Shown here in pieces: positions 25,596-34,965 of a stretch of 64,000 nt of DNA. The first letter of the stretch is position 1. Every line of letters starts with the position of its first letter. The translations under genes were made by a program, and so were the position numbers. Source of the stretch: Escherichia phage N2; the sequence record ON645936.1. The stretch is one strand, 5' to 3'. Below the pieces are notes generated by a model, which was given only the letters and a program-made list of their open reading frames with translations, was not told the origin of the DNA and did no database searches.

Positions 25596-26560
25596 TGTAT
25601 TCTTTAGAGGAATTTAATAATCAAGCAATAAACGCAGATTTCCAACGTAATAATATGTTTAGCTGCGTTTTTGCGACAACTCCATCAACTAAAAGCTCTT
25701 CGTTGATAAGTTCAATTAGCAACTTTTCTTATAATAACTTGGGTCTAAATTCAGATTGGTTAGGATTGACTCAAGGCGATATTAATCAGGGAATTACAAC
25801 GCTAATTACTGCTGGCACACAAAAACTGATAAGAAAATCAGGGGTTAGTAAATATCTTATTGGTGCCATGAGTCAACGTACAGTTCAAAGTTTATTAGGC
25901 TCATTTACAGTTGGTACATATTTAATTGACTTCTTTAACATGGCATATAACTCATCTGGATTGATGATATACTCCGTAAAAATGCCAGAGAATAGATTAT
26001 CCTATGAAACTGACTGGAACTATAATTCTCCTAATATTCGTATAACTGGGAGAGAATTAGACCCTTTGGTTATTTCATTTAGAATGGATTCAGAGTCGTG
26101 TAATTATCGTGCAATGCAAGACTGGGTTAACGCTGTTCAAGACCCAGTAACTGGACTGCGTGCGTTGCCACAAGATGTCGAGGCAGACATTCAGGTTAAT
26201 CTTCATGCTCGTAATGGATTACCTCATACTGCAGTGATGTTCACCGGATGCATTCCAGTGTCAGTGAGCGCTCCTGAGTTATCATATGATGGAGATAACC
26301 AAATAACTACATTTGATGTTACTTTTGCGTATAGAGTCATGCAGGCTGGAGCAGTTGATAGACAAGCTGCGCTTGAGTGGCTTGAATCTGCTGCTATAAA
26401 TGGCATTCAAAGCGTTCTCGGAAATAGTGGAGGTGTTACTGGACTATCTAATTCGCTTTCACGACTTAGTAGATTAGGAGGAACTGCGGGAAGCATTTCA
26501 AACATTAATACTATGACGGGAATTGTCAATTCGCAAAGTAAAATATTAGGAGCAATATAA
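25595..26560 (+). CDS. 54: baseplate tail tube initiator gp54
   Basis: 321-aa ORF; gp19/gp48-like sequence; followed by bidirectional terminator. Confidence 0.9.
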   Translation: MYSLEEFNNQAINADFQRNNMFSCVFATTPSTKSSSLISSISNFSYNNLGLNSDWLGLTQGDINQGITTLITAGTQKLIRKSGVSKYLIGAMSQRTVQSLLGSFTVGTYLIDFFNMAYNSSGLMIYSVKMPENRLSYETDWNYNSPNIRITGRELDPLVISFRMDSESCNYRAMQDWVNAVQDPVTGLRALPQDVEADIQVNLHARNGLPHTAVMFTGCIPVSVSAPELSYDGDNQITTFDVTFAYRVMQAGAVDRQAALEWLESAAINGIQSVLGNSGGVTGLSNSLSRLSRLGGTAGSISNINTMTGIVNSQSKILGAI

Positions 26561-26564
26561 CAAT

Positions 26565-26590
26565 GGGGACCTTTCGGTCCCCATATTTTT
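26565..26590. terminator. bidirectional terminator between gene 54 and the minus-strand early block
   Basis: GGGGACC-UUUC-GGUCCCC followed by T-rich run. Confidence 0.65.
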
Positions 26591-26879
26591 ATTTACGGAA
26601 TGAAATAAAAGCAGCAACTGAAGCAACTAAACTGTCTTCAATATAAACTTCAATTTTTACCGGAGCTTCTGACTCAAATTTACCTGTTACTACACCTTGG
26701 AAAATGCTTTCAGTCTGCTCTGGCTTTGAAAAATTTTCAGAAGGAAAAATTCCGAACTTTTTATCTGTTCCAAAAATTTTGATAAATTCATCATAAACTG
26801 CTTCATTAAAAGCATTATCAGCAGGAATAACGCCTTCAACTACAAGTTCTTGACCTAAAAAGCGCAAAGAAGATTTCAT
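26589..26879 (-). CDS. hypothetical protein (alt.-3-like position)
   Basis: 96-aa ORF with GAGGA SD; early promoter upstream. Confidence 0.6.
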   Translation of the reverse strand: MKSSLRFLGQELVVEGVIPADNAFNEAVYDEFIKIFGTDKKFGIFPSENFSKPEQTESIFQGVVTGKFESEAPVKIEVYIEDSLVASVAAFISFRK

Positions 26880-26910
26880 TTTATGTTCCTCATGTTATGT
26901 CAGTAAATCT

Positions 26911-26940
26911 ACTATAACACAACACGAGGGACTTGTAAAC
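26911..26940 (-). promoter_or_regulatory. early promoter (-35 GTTTAC, 17-nt spacer, -10 TATAGT)
   Basis: Motifs on minus strand upstream of ORF 26589..26879. Confidence 0.55.
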
Positions 26941-27298
26941 TACATTTTGAACTTTTTAGTACGCGTAATAGGCATGCGTCGATTTTATACTGTTTCATTG
27001 TTTGAAGAGCAGTATCAAAAACCGCATTAATGACACCAATTGGATTTCCACCCAAGTTTTTAAGTTTAACTAATGATAGTTTCTCATTAACACCTATCAT
27101 TACGATATGCATCATTTTATCGCCTGGCTTAACGTTTTTATTTGTATCACCGCCAGAGGTGTATGTACAAAATCTAAATCCAGGAAGCACGCTTTCTTCG
27201 CCGGCTTGAATAGCAAAAATTTGAGGTATTTTATGCTTAGGATTTAAGTTAACAACCGGCGCCGAAGCGCCGTCAAATAATTCTGTAATAAGTTCCAT
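26912..27298 (-). CDS. paralog of the Alt N-terminal domain
   Basis: 128-aa ORF whose sequence parallels Alt residues 2-125 (MELITELFD..NLNPK.KIPQIF..C.YTSGGDTN..GDKMMHIV..MRQYKIDAC). Confidence 0.7.
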   Translation of the reverse strand: MELITELFDGASAPVVNLNPKHKIPQIFAIQAGEESVLPGFRFCTYTSGGDTNKNVKPGDKMMHIVMIGVNEKLSLVKLKNLGGNPIGVINAVFDTALQTMKQYKIDACLLRVLKSSKCSLQVPRVVL

Positions 27299-27301
27299 GA
27301 T

Positions 27302-29398
27302 TTATCCTTGAACGAACTTGTAAGGCATGTTTGTAATATCTATGCAAGACGCAATAATTCCGAGAGATGATTCTGCTTTCTGTTTAACATTTGATGAAAC
27401 AAATGATGCAAAGTCAACTCTGTCTTCTATTTCAATATCACCTGTCATTGCAACTACTTCGCCGGTTTCCATTAGACGGTCACCGTCATAAATTACTGAT
27501 TCGGTGAGTTCTTCCGTAGTCATAACTTCGGCTTGAATGAGTTTTGTATTATTAAATGTTATTCCGTCATTATTAGAAGCATCAGTTATTTTGTTAACTT
27601 TGACCATCAATCCGCGCGGTAGAATAACTTCAGCTTCTGATGCTATTCCGAGACTTCCTGGATATACAACATTAACTTTATGAGCTCCATCAATTGCCCA
27701 TCCTATTTGAACTTTAACATATTCAGGATTTTCTTTATACGCTCTTATTTCGCTTGGATTAATAGTTATTCCTTCTTCATTTTTATCAACCGTTAATTCA
27801 TTGCGAGCTTCTGGTTCTAAAAGACCGATACCAGCATGTGTAATTCCAAAACGTCCAAAAATGATAGGAGTTAAAGAAGTAGATACAAAATTTCTGAAAT
27901 AGAACACTTTATTTTTAACTAGTGCTTCGTATATAGGAGCAGTCATACTTTGAGCACGATAAACTGTAATGCCTTCTGGTATACGGTCACCATTTTCAAA
28001 GGCTGAATCTAAATTATTTATCGCAGATTCAATTTCTTTTTCACTCATTACCTCATATCGTTCTGGATTGTAGCGGCCTAAAAGAAGATTATTGATGTCA
28101 GTATATCCTGCTCCACAATACTCTCTAATGCCGCGCTTTTGTGATGGAGTATATTTAGAACCATCACGGGCAATAGTAATATCAATCATTGGACCTGCAC
28201 CAACTCCAGAAAAACTATAAATCATTCGTTTGAGGAATACAGTTTTTGCTGCGTTCCAGGAATTTTTAGTTATTTCTTCCCAGACTTCATCTGACTGTCC
28301 TTTGCGGGTTTTATTATGTGTATCAAGCCAATTATCTTTATATTCTTCAAAGAATTGATTAACAGCTGCTGCGTATTTCTCTAAACATTTTATTGAAGTA
28401 GTTGGTTCATTTTTGATCGCATTAAGAATTACATCTTTAATTTTTTCAGAAACCTCATCAACCTCACTTTTTGAAACGAATTTATAGTAATGGCGAAGTT
28501 CATTTGTAGTTCCTTCGGCAATAATTTTTGCTGCCTTAGTTTTAGAAGCTAATGAATTAATTCCAAGCTTCATTTCTTCTGCTTCGGGAATTAAAGGAGC
28601 GGTAGCAGGTTTATTAAAATTGGCTGCGGTAGATTCATACTTCTGGAATAATTCGCTTTCAAATCTAGAAGATTCTAATGATTGACTTTGTGCAATTGCT
28701 CTACGGGAAATTTTAACTTTAACGATTACAGCTTGGTCAGAACGTTTATCATTTTCTTGCGCAATAGATGCTGCAATTGCCTCATTTTTAGTTACTTGAG
28801 CTCCAGTATCTTTGTTGATATAAACATCGCCGACCTTCGATTCAACTTTAGTAAAGAGCTCGGTACTAATTTCCGGAACTCCTGGAATGTCTTCTAATGA
28901 TACATTTTTGCGATGTATAAGAATATATGCATACTTTTTATCGTAATCCCAGATTTCCTTAAGAAGGACGTATCTGCCACCTGAACGACTACGGATAAGT
29001 CTATCAGCAATAACTTGAATTTGTCGAGCTTGACCAGCAGTTTTAGACTTAAGAATACGAAGCATACAAGCATCAATTTTATACTGGCGCATCGTCTGCA
29101 TTGCAACAGTAAAAACTGAATTGATATAATTAATTGGGCTTGGACCGAGACCTTTTAATTTAGCAATTGAACCTTTAGCAGTTAATGTAAAAGGAACAAT
29201 ATGCATCATTTTATCGCCCATCTTTAAATCACGGTTAGTATCACCTCCAGATGTATAGGTACATAAACGAAAGCCCGGTTGTTCAATTGCATCATCAACA
29301 TGAACTGAAAAAATTTGTGGTATTTTCTTCTTTGGATTTAAGTTTGTAATCGGAAGAGTAGTATCTTCGTCAAATAATTCTGTAATAAGTTCCATCAT
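27302..29398 (-). CDS. alt: Alt ADP-ribosyltransferase (packaged into the head)
   Basis: 698-aa ORF, T4 Alt-like; TATAAATA late promoter upstream on minus strand. Confidence 0.9.
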   Translation of the reverse strand: MMELITELFDEDTTLPITNLNPKKKIPQIFSVHVDDAIEQPGFRLCTYTSGGDTNRDLKMGDKMMHIVPFTLTAKGSIAKLKGLGPSPINYINSVFTVAMQTMRQYKIDACMLRILKSKTAGQARQIQVIADRLIRSRSGGRYVLLKEIWDYDKKYAYILIHRKNVSLEDIPGVPEISTELFTKVESKVGDVYINKDTGAQVTKNEAIAASIAQENDKRSDQAVIVKVKISRRAIAQSQSLESSRFESELFQKYESTAANFNKPATAPLIPEAEEMKLGINSLASKTKAAKIIAEGTTNELRHYYKFVSKSEVDEVSEKIKDVILNAIKNEPTTSIKCLEKYAAAVNQFFEEYKDNWLDTHNKTRKGQSDEVWEEITKNSWNAAKTVFLKRMIYSFSGVGAGPMIDITIARDGSKYTPSQKRGIREYCGAGYTDINNLLLGRYNPERYEVMSEKEIESAINNLDSAFENGDRIPEGITVYRAQSMTAPIYEALVKNKVFYFRNFVSTSLTPIIFGRFGITHAGIGLLEPEARNELTVDKNEEGITINPSEIRAYKENPEYVKVQIGWAIDGAHKVNVVYPGSLGIASEAEVILPRGLMVKVNKITDASNNDGITFNNTKLIQAEVMTTEELTESVIYDGDRLMETGEVVAMTGDIEIEDRVDFASFVSSNVKQKAESSLGIIASCIDITNMPYKFVQG

Positions 29399-29418
29399 AT
29401 CCTCTCTAGTGTTTATTC

Positions 29419-29426
29419 TATTTATA
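29419..29426 (-). promoter_or_regulatory. late promoter TATAAATA on minus strand (alt)
   Basis: Reverse complement of TATTTATA about 20 nt upstream of alt ATG. Confidence 0.65.
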
Positions 29427-29447
29427 AAATTAAAGGCCTGAAGGCCT

Positions 29448-29636
29448 TTAATAATCTAGTGGTAAGAGAGTACGATATATTTCAAACTTTGGCCCTTTTT
29501 CATAGGCATCAAATGTTTCTGTGAATTTATTATAAGCATATGCATCTACAAATTCGAGAACGATTTGTGATACAGAAGTAGAAACATCTCCACCTTCTTT
29601 TTGAGCCACGACAATTGTTTCTAAGTAAGCTTTCAT
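29448..29636 (-). CDS. hypothetical small protein
   Basis: 62-aa ORF overlapping ligase gene stop. Confidence 0.5.
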   Translation of the reverse strand: MKAYLETIVVAQKEGGDVSTSVSQIVLEFVDAYAYNKFTETFDAYEKGPKFEIYRTLLPLDY

Positions 29637-31093
29637 AGACCAGTTACCTCATGAAAATCACCAAATACATCCTCGAATGTATTAGCTTTAGTTTTATCTT
29701 CACGTAAACGAATCGCAATCGGAAGAAATAATTTAACGTAATCAGTGCGGCCATCAGATTTTAACCAACCGTTGCATTCGCACTCTAGAATTTTTCCAAT
29801 ATAATAATTTTGGTTTTCCATAATGCGAGTACGGTCAAGTTCATGTGATTTTACACCAGCTTTATCTTTTAAGCCTGAACCTGCATTGACTTTAATTTTT
29901 CCACACTCTGATTCAAGAATAAATCCACCAGCTTTAGTAGGGTCTTTACGGTGAGGATAAATTCCTACAATTTTTAAATCAACATCAATTACTTCTTTAA
30001 ATTTATAGAGATTTTTTGAACGAGCATTTTCCCACAATCCATCTGTATTTTTGAGAATAATACCTTCAAGACCTTGGTCAATATACTTTTTATAAATTAC
30101 CTTAGCTTCATCTAGGTTATTTACTACTTGGTTTTCAATTAAAATTACTTTATCATATCCTGATGTCATTTGTTCTAGTTTAGAAAAACGTACATCATAT
30201 TTTAAACGAAACGTCGGAAGACCGTATATTTCTACTAACGGAACATAATCCCAGACCTGAAACTTCATGCATTTGGCTTCTTTTTCGGAAATGGTTCCTT
30301 TTAAGGATTTATTGGCGATTCCATTAGAAGCAGTACGAGATTCCGCTACTTCGGCGAATTCTTTAGCTTTGCTAATTTCAGGAGTGTCAAAAAGAAAATC
30401 TAGGCCTTCTGGTTCCTTTTCAACTTGCTCATGGTATACCAATTCGCCATCGATTAACACGCCTTCTGGATGAATCTGGCGGGCTTCAGCAGTCATTTTG
30501 ATTAACTCTTCCTTAAGAAGATCTAATCCTAGGTATTCATTGCCAGCTCGCGATAAAAGACGAACATCATCTAATTCATCACCTCGGACTTCAGCAAAAC
30601 ACCGAGCTCCATCTGCTTTTAACTGCGCAAAAGCTGGAAATTTGATATTCTTACTAATGCCTTTTTCATCATAAGAACTTGCAAGCATTTGAGGTTGTTC
30701 AGGAATTAAACCTGGCCAAACTTTGTTTGCAATAGATACTGAAGCACCGCATTCAAGGTCTCGCATCATAACTCGACGTAGTACTTCAACATCATCCTTT
30801 TTACCATCGGTGATATACCCAGTTAATTCCTCAATTGCTGCATTTCCAGTCAATTTCCGAGTAGCTAACGTAAATTCAATAAAGTCAAGCATATCGGTAA
30901 TGGTCAGCATTCCAAAACTCTGGGTAGCAATACCAGGCTTAGGCCATTTCTTGATATAATACTGTAACCCACGAGAATAAGTCAGACGATATACTCGTTT
31001 AAGCAATTCATTATCTTTATTCTTTTCAAGAATTGCTTGCTTCTGCTTAGTTGATCCAATAGATGCTATTTCATTCAGAATTTTAAGAATCAT
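29633..31093 (-). CDS. 30: ATP-dependent DNA ligase gp30
   Basis: 486-aa ORF; adenylation motif KADGAR; T4 DNA ligase-like N-terminus. Confidence 0.97.
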   Translation of the reverse strand: MILKILNEIASIGSTKQKQAILEKNKDNELLKRVYRLTYSRGLQYYIKKWPKPGIATQSFGMLTITDMLDFIEFTLATRKLTGNAAIEELTGYITDGKKDDVEVLRRVMMRDLECGASVSIANKVWPGLIPEQPQMLASSYDEKGISKNIKFPAFAQLKADGARCFAEVRGDELDDVRLLSRAGNEYLGLDLLKEELIKMTAEARQIHPEGVLIDGELVYHEQVEKEPEGLDFLFDTPEISKAKEFAEVAESRTASNGIANKSLKGTISEKEAKCMKFQVWDYVPLVEIYGLPTFRLKYDVRFSKLEQMTSGYDKVILIENQVVNNLDEAKVIYKKYIDQGLEGIILKNTDGLWENARSKNLYKFKEVIDVDLKIVGIYPHRKDPTKAGGFILESECGKIKVNAGSGLKDKAGVKSHELDRTRIMENQNYYIGKILECECNGWLKSDGRTDYVKLFLPIAIRLREDKTKANTFEDVFGDFHEVTGL

Positions 31094-31357
31094 TGCTCAT
31101 CCTTCAAAGTTTGGTTTACAGCTCTATTATAAATCAATTCATCATTAAGCTCAGGCAAAGACTTATGATATGTAGTTCTAACTTTATTTCCTTGCATCCA
31201 GTGCTTGACGTAAATGAAACCTTGCTCTACACATTTTTAAAAATTCGTTCGTCTTTTTGAGCTCGGAATTCTGGATTGCATCTAAAAAATTGATTTACGT
31301 GACCGTAATCACGTGTAGTATTACCTTCATTTTCATAAATAGTGTGAACGACAAACA

Positions 31358-32221
31358 TTAGAATGCTCCTTGGAAAATATTATCACCACTAGTAAATCTA
31401 TTAAAATACCCTGCATCACCAGGCTTAGTATAACTCCACGTATGGAATGGATTCATATGATACGGGTGTGTATAATATGGATTATATGGATGTGTATAAT
31501 ATGGATTATACGGATTAAATCCAGGAGTTCTCCAGGTAGTGTTCCAGCGAAAAGAATCGTTTTTAATCATCTTTTCAATTACATCTTTTATAGCTTTTTC
31601 ACTATCAAAACTTTCTTTATTTTCCTTTGGTGAAAAAAGCTTATTCTCTACATCGTTCCATGTATAAACTCGCTGAGCAGTTTTTGGAATACTGTCACGT
31701 TCCCCTCGAGCCATCCAATAAACTGGAACATTTAATATTTCACTCGCATGATCGCAGTGGTGAGCGAGATCGTCAATATAACAAATTACGTTATATTTCT
31801 CTTTTGCCTTTTTGAACAACTCTTCTTTTGAAGAATCATGGCCACACATCAGTACTTCTGAGAAGGCACCAGGAAAAAGAGCATTCAAATTAAATTGACG
31901 ATTCAGCAGAGCGTCAATAGAATCACCCAGTGCTGTAACAGCTACAAAATTATAATCTTCTTTTAATTTGTTAATTACACACAGAGCATCTTTATATGGA
32001 GACAAGTAACGAATAAAATCCGAACGATTGTATTTTTCAATTAACTTGACGCCAAGTTCTTCATCACAATTAAAAAGTTTACCAGGAGAAATAAATTTTT
32101 CATCTTGGATCATTTTTAAAATATGTTCCAACGGAAGATTATATTTCTGAGCAAAATAAGGAAGGCCTGATTGCCAGCTTAAGCATACTCCATCAATATC
32201 AGTTAAAATAGTAGGCTTCAT
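31358..32221 (-). CDS. 30.2: HAD-like hydrolase fold protein with C-terminal Tyr/Pro-rich tandem repeat (T4 30.2 position)
   Basis: 287-aa ORF; N-terminal DIDGV motif; NPYYTHPY repeated. Confidence 0.7.
   Translation of the reverse strand: MKPTILTDIDGVCLSWQSGLPYFAQKYNLPLEHILKMIQDEKFISPGKLFNCDEELGVKLIEKYNRSDFIRYLSPYKDALCVINKLKEDYNFVAVTALGDSIDALLNRQFNLNALFPGAFSEVLMCGHDSSKEELFKKAKEKYNVICYIDDLAHHCDHASEILNVPVYWMARGERDSIPKTAQRVYTWNDVENKLFSPKENKESFDSEKAIKDVIEKMIKNDSFRWNTTWRTPGFNPYNPYYTHPYNPYYTHPYHMNPFHTWSYTKPGDAGYFNRFTSGDNIFQGAF
31465..31515 (-). repeat. tandem duplication of a 24-bp unit inside the 30.2-like gene, encoding YNPYYTHP twice
   Basis: Direct repeat tgtgtataatatggattata(t/c)gga x2 on plus strand. 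Confidence 0.6.
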
Positions 32222-32682
32222 AGAGAGTCTCTTAATAGGTTTAACACATCAATAAATTCAGCTTCGGTTAGTATTGTATCATCTTTTGTTAGACCACTAG
32301 CCATGCTGTGCTTCAAAACTTTTCCTTTCGAGGCTTGTAATGCATCACGAAAACCCTTGTTTTGAATCGCTGCTTCAAAATATGCATTTGTGTATAATTC
32401 TTTCCACGCCGGAGAGTATCTTGAAAACGGAACTCCAAGCCAGAAGAGGGTCCCACGGTCCTGAGCTCTAGCATAAGACCTTCCAGCTTGTTGAGCGGCA
32501 AGCCCGGATAACCCAAATATACGACGTTGTTGTTCAACATTTTTCACCTTGCATCCTTGGAGGAATCCTTCAAGACCTCCAAATTGAATACCATCCATAA
32601 CGAAAGGCCATTGGGCGAAATTGCTTAATGCACATGATGGCCATCTAAAATTGCTTCTTATCTCTAGCTCAGACATTTTCAA
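32218..32682 (-). CDS. 30.3: NADAR (YbiA/DUF1768-like) domain protein (T4 30.3 position)
   Basis: 154-aa ORF with NADAR-like conserved pattern (LSNF..PF..DG..F...E.F.Q..K). Confidence 0.75.
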   Translation of the reverse strand: MKMSELEIRSNFRWPSCALSNFAQWPFVMDGIQFGGLEGFLQGCKVKNVEQQRRIFGLSGLAAQQAGRSYARAQDRGTLFWLGVPFSRYSPAWKELYTNAYFEAAIQNKGFRDALQASKGKVLKHSMASGLTKDDTILTEAEFIDVLNLLRDSL

Positions 32683-32875
32683 TACTTATAATTTCAACAT
32701 CAGCCCAATGACCATAGCAAGGAAGACGAAATTCAACTGGCCAGTTAGGGTCCTTTTCTAATATAATAGACTTAACTTGCGGTTCTTCGTGTTCATCAGT
32801 ATACGGACCTTTATACGTTACTTTATATGTGACCTTAATGTACTGAATTCCAAAAATCTTATTAATTATATTCAT
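32669..32875 (-). CDS. hypothetical protein
   Basis: 68-aa ORF in tightly packed early operon. Confidence 0.5.
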   Translation of the reverse strand: MNIINKIFGIQYIKVTYKVTYKGPYTDEHEEPQVKSIILEKDPNWPVEFRLPCYGHWADVEIISIENV

Positions 32876-33069
32876 ACTAATTCCTTTAATCCATAGATAG
32901 GAGATAATTCATCACCCATACGAAGGTCTTCATTTCCATCTACCCAAGAAACAATATAAGCCTCTTTTATTTGAATACCACTCCATTTAAATGGAGGTAG
33001 AACCTTAGAAATTAATCCAGGTATACCAACTCCCTTTAATTCAACAGTTTGACCTAAAAAGAATTTCAT
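32872..33069 (-). CDS. hypothetical protein
   Basis: 65-aa ORF; start/stop overlap with neighbours. Confidence 0.5.
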   Translation of the reverse strand: MKFFLGQTVELKGVGIPGLISKVLPPFKWSGIQIKEAYIVSWVDGNEDLRMGDELSPIYGLKELV

Positions 33070-33356
33070 TAAAACCTCATCTGAAACCCGTGTGATTTAA
33101 CATTACCGCCACCAATATCAGAAATGTTAATTTCACGCGCAATTGAAGGGTCAATATCAATTTCACGATTGAGTTTAGTGATAGCTAGGGTATCACGGCC
33201 ATTTACAGTACGGAACTCTAAAGGGCAGACTACATTAACGTAGTTTTTAATCGATTCACTGGTAGGCTGCAAATGAGCAGGAAGGTCTTTAGGTGCCTTT
33301 GAGAAAACCACTTCACAGAAATTTTTGCGGGTATCAAAATAAGTAGTCATAAACAT
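33069..33356 (-). CDS. hypothetical protein
   Basis: 95-aa ORF with SD. Confidence 0.55.
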   Translation of the reverse strand: MFMTTYFDTRKNFCEVVFSKAPKDLPAHLQPTSESIKNYVNVVCPLEFRTVNGRDTLAITKLNREIDIDPSIAREINISDIGGGNVKSHGFQMRF

Positions 33357-33397
33357 AATATTTTCCTCAATAGGGGGCCGAAGCCCCTCATTTTATT

Positions 33398-33775
33398 TTA
33401 AATATCAAATTCGTTAAGAACTACATCAAAGATTGCTTCAAGATGCTCAGGTTTAGCTCTATTACTCAGAATATGACGAATCCAAGTTTTAACCAGAAGC
33501 TTACGATTAACGCCATTCCAGCAAGGATGAGTCCCTAAATCGCGTTGACGAAAATCATCATCTAATGCGATTTTAAAAGAAGAACCTTCTTTCGTGATTG
33601 AAACCGTGATGCCATTTTCAAATCGCATATAAACGTAGTTAGGAGTCATATACTGTTCAATTTCGCATACTGATCCATTTTGATGTTTCCAAAGGCAGAT
33701 AGTATCAATAGAACCTGCAATACCATTAGAAACATATTTACGTTCAAAGTTGATGTAGTTCATTTTATTCTCCAA
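33398..33775 (-). CDS. hypothetical protein
   Basis: 125-aa ORF; early promoter and SD upstream. Confidence 0.55.
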   Translation of the reverse strand: MENKMNYINFERKYVSNGIAGSIDTICLWKHQNGSVCEIEQYMTPNYVYMRFENGITVSITKEGSSFKIALDDDFRQRDLGTHPCWNGVNRKLLVKTWIRHILSNRAKPEHLEAIFDVVLNEFDI

Positions 33776-33799
33776 GGTGTTTAATTGCGGTACAGGTAT

Positions 33800-33828
33800 A
33801 TAATATCATATCCTGTACCAAAGTAAAC
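33800..33828 (-). promoter_or_regulatory. early promoter (GTTTAC-N17-TATTAT)
   Basis: Upstream of ORF 33398..33775. Confidence 0.5.
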
Positions 33829-33830
33829 AA

Positions 33831-34163
33831 TTATTTTACTACTTTCCAATGCTGCATGTCAAGTTTACCAACTTTTTTCATCTTCTCAATTAAGCGTTCG
33901 GCACGTTGGCGAGCTGTAACATAATGCCATTCGCCTAATTCATTTTGTTCAATTTTTCCAACGATTACTGTATTCAATTCATAAATCCAACCAGTAAAGA
34001 AATTATGAACTTGGATTGCAAAGGTGAAATCTGTTCCCATACCTTCTGTTGTTTCTACTTCAATAATATCACCTTCAACTGCCATTAAGAACCACATAGT
34101 TTCATCATATTTACCATTGAAGCATTTAGTTTTAACTGTAGCGTTCAGATTAATCGTTTTCAT
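33831..34163 (-). CDS. hypothetical protein
   Basis: 110-aa ORF; early promoter and SD upstream. Confidence 0.55.
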   Translation of the reverse strand: MKTINLNATVKTKCFNGKYDETMWFLMAVEGDIIEVETTEGMGTDFTFAIQVHNFFTGWIYELNTVIVGKIEQNELGEWHYVTARQRAERLIEKMKKVGKLDMQHWKVVK

Positions 34164-34191
34164 TTTATTCTCCTTTGTTGGTGTAAGATAA

Positions 34192-34220
34192 TACTATCAC
34201 AAAGGAACCATACTGTAAAC
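34192..34220 (-). promoter_or_regulatory. early promoter (GTTTAC-N17-ATAGTA)
   Basis: Upstream of ORF 33831..34163. Confidence 0.5.
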
Positions 34221-34239
34221 AACTTTATGCAATCTTTGG

Positions 34240-34268
34240 AAAATAAAAAAGGACTCCCGAAGGAGTCC
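34240..34268 (-). terminator. rho-independent terminator on minus strand
   Basis: GGACUCC-UUCG-GGAGUCC followed by UUUUUUAUUUU. Confidence 0.65.
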
Positions 34269-34273
34269 TCAAC

Positions 34274-34450
34274 TTATGCTTTCTGCTTACCAAAACGAGA
34301 AGCATCATCTCGAAGAACCGCACGTGCTCGGCGCATGATCTTCTCAACAGTTTGATTGATACGAGAGTTCGACCCACGCTTGTAGCCAGCGCGTTTAGAA
34401 TCACCAACTTTCTTTTCAACTGCTTTCTTTGCTTTAGCTTGTTTTGCCAT
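34274..34450 (-). CDS. small lysine/arginine-rich basic protein
   Basis: ORF from MAKQAKAKK; followed by terminator hairpin. Confidence 0.5.
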   Translation of the reverse strand: MAKQAKAKKAVEKKVGDSKRAGYKRGSNSRINQTVEKIMRRARAVLRDDASRFGKQKA

Positions 34451-34569
34451 TATAAATTCTCTTTTAAATGAAAATGCAGGACTTATTGGCATTGCCTGCG
34501 CAAGCCCTCAAGGGGAACATAGGTTTTGAATATTTACCGACAGGATAACCATAAACCTCGTCAACATAA

Positions 34570-34818
34570 TTACTTCAGTGTTACCACAAAGTGACGAACT
34601 GCTTTTCGTGCAGCAGAAGCCAGAGGCTTAGCATATTTAAGTTCATCTTTTTCCTGAAGCTCAGCAGCTAATGCAGTTTGAGCAGGATTCAGATGTTTGA
34701 AATAACGCAGGATTTCAAGAGCTTCGGCTTCAACATCAATAGATGCGCCATAGTTTTCGTGACCATTATTCCATGCGTTTCGTTGCAGTTCAAGAGCGTG
34801 TTGTAATTGTTTAATCAT
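34570..34818 (-). CDS. rIII: rIII lysis inhibition accessory protein
   Basis: 82-aa ORF with T4 rIII-like sequence and position before gene 31. Confidence 0.88.
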   Translation of the reverse strand: MIKQLQHALELQRNAWNNGHENYGASIDVEAEALEILRYFKHLNPAQTALAAELQEKDELKYAKPLASAARKAVRHFVVTLK

Positions 34819-34965
34819 TTAAAAATTCTCGTTAGAGATTAAAACTCGGTAGTCACGTTCTTCTGAATTTCATCTTCTTTCGACAGATCTCTCAGTTGTA
34901 GACTACCACATAGAATTGTTCGGTTAACTTATTATTCCGACACCCAATTCATATTATTATTTATA

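Noticed and set aside
31228-31358. 43-codon minus-strand ORF in the 264-bp gap after the DNA ligase gene
   Set aside because: Below the length where I can distinguish a real small gene from chance; possibly 30.1-like but unsupported
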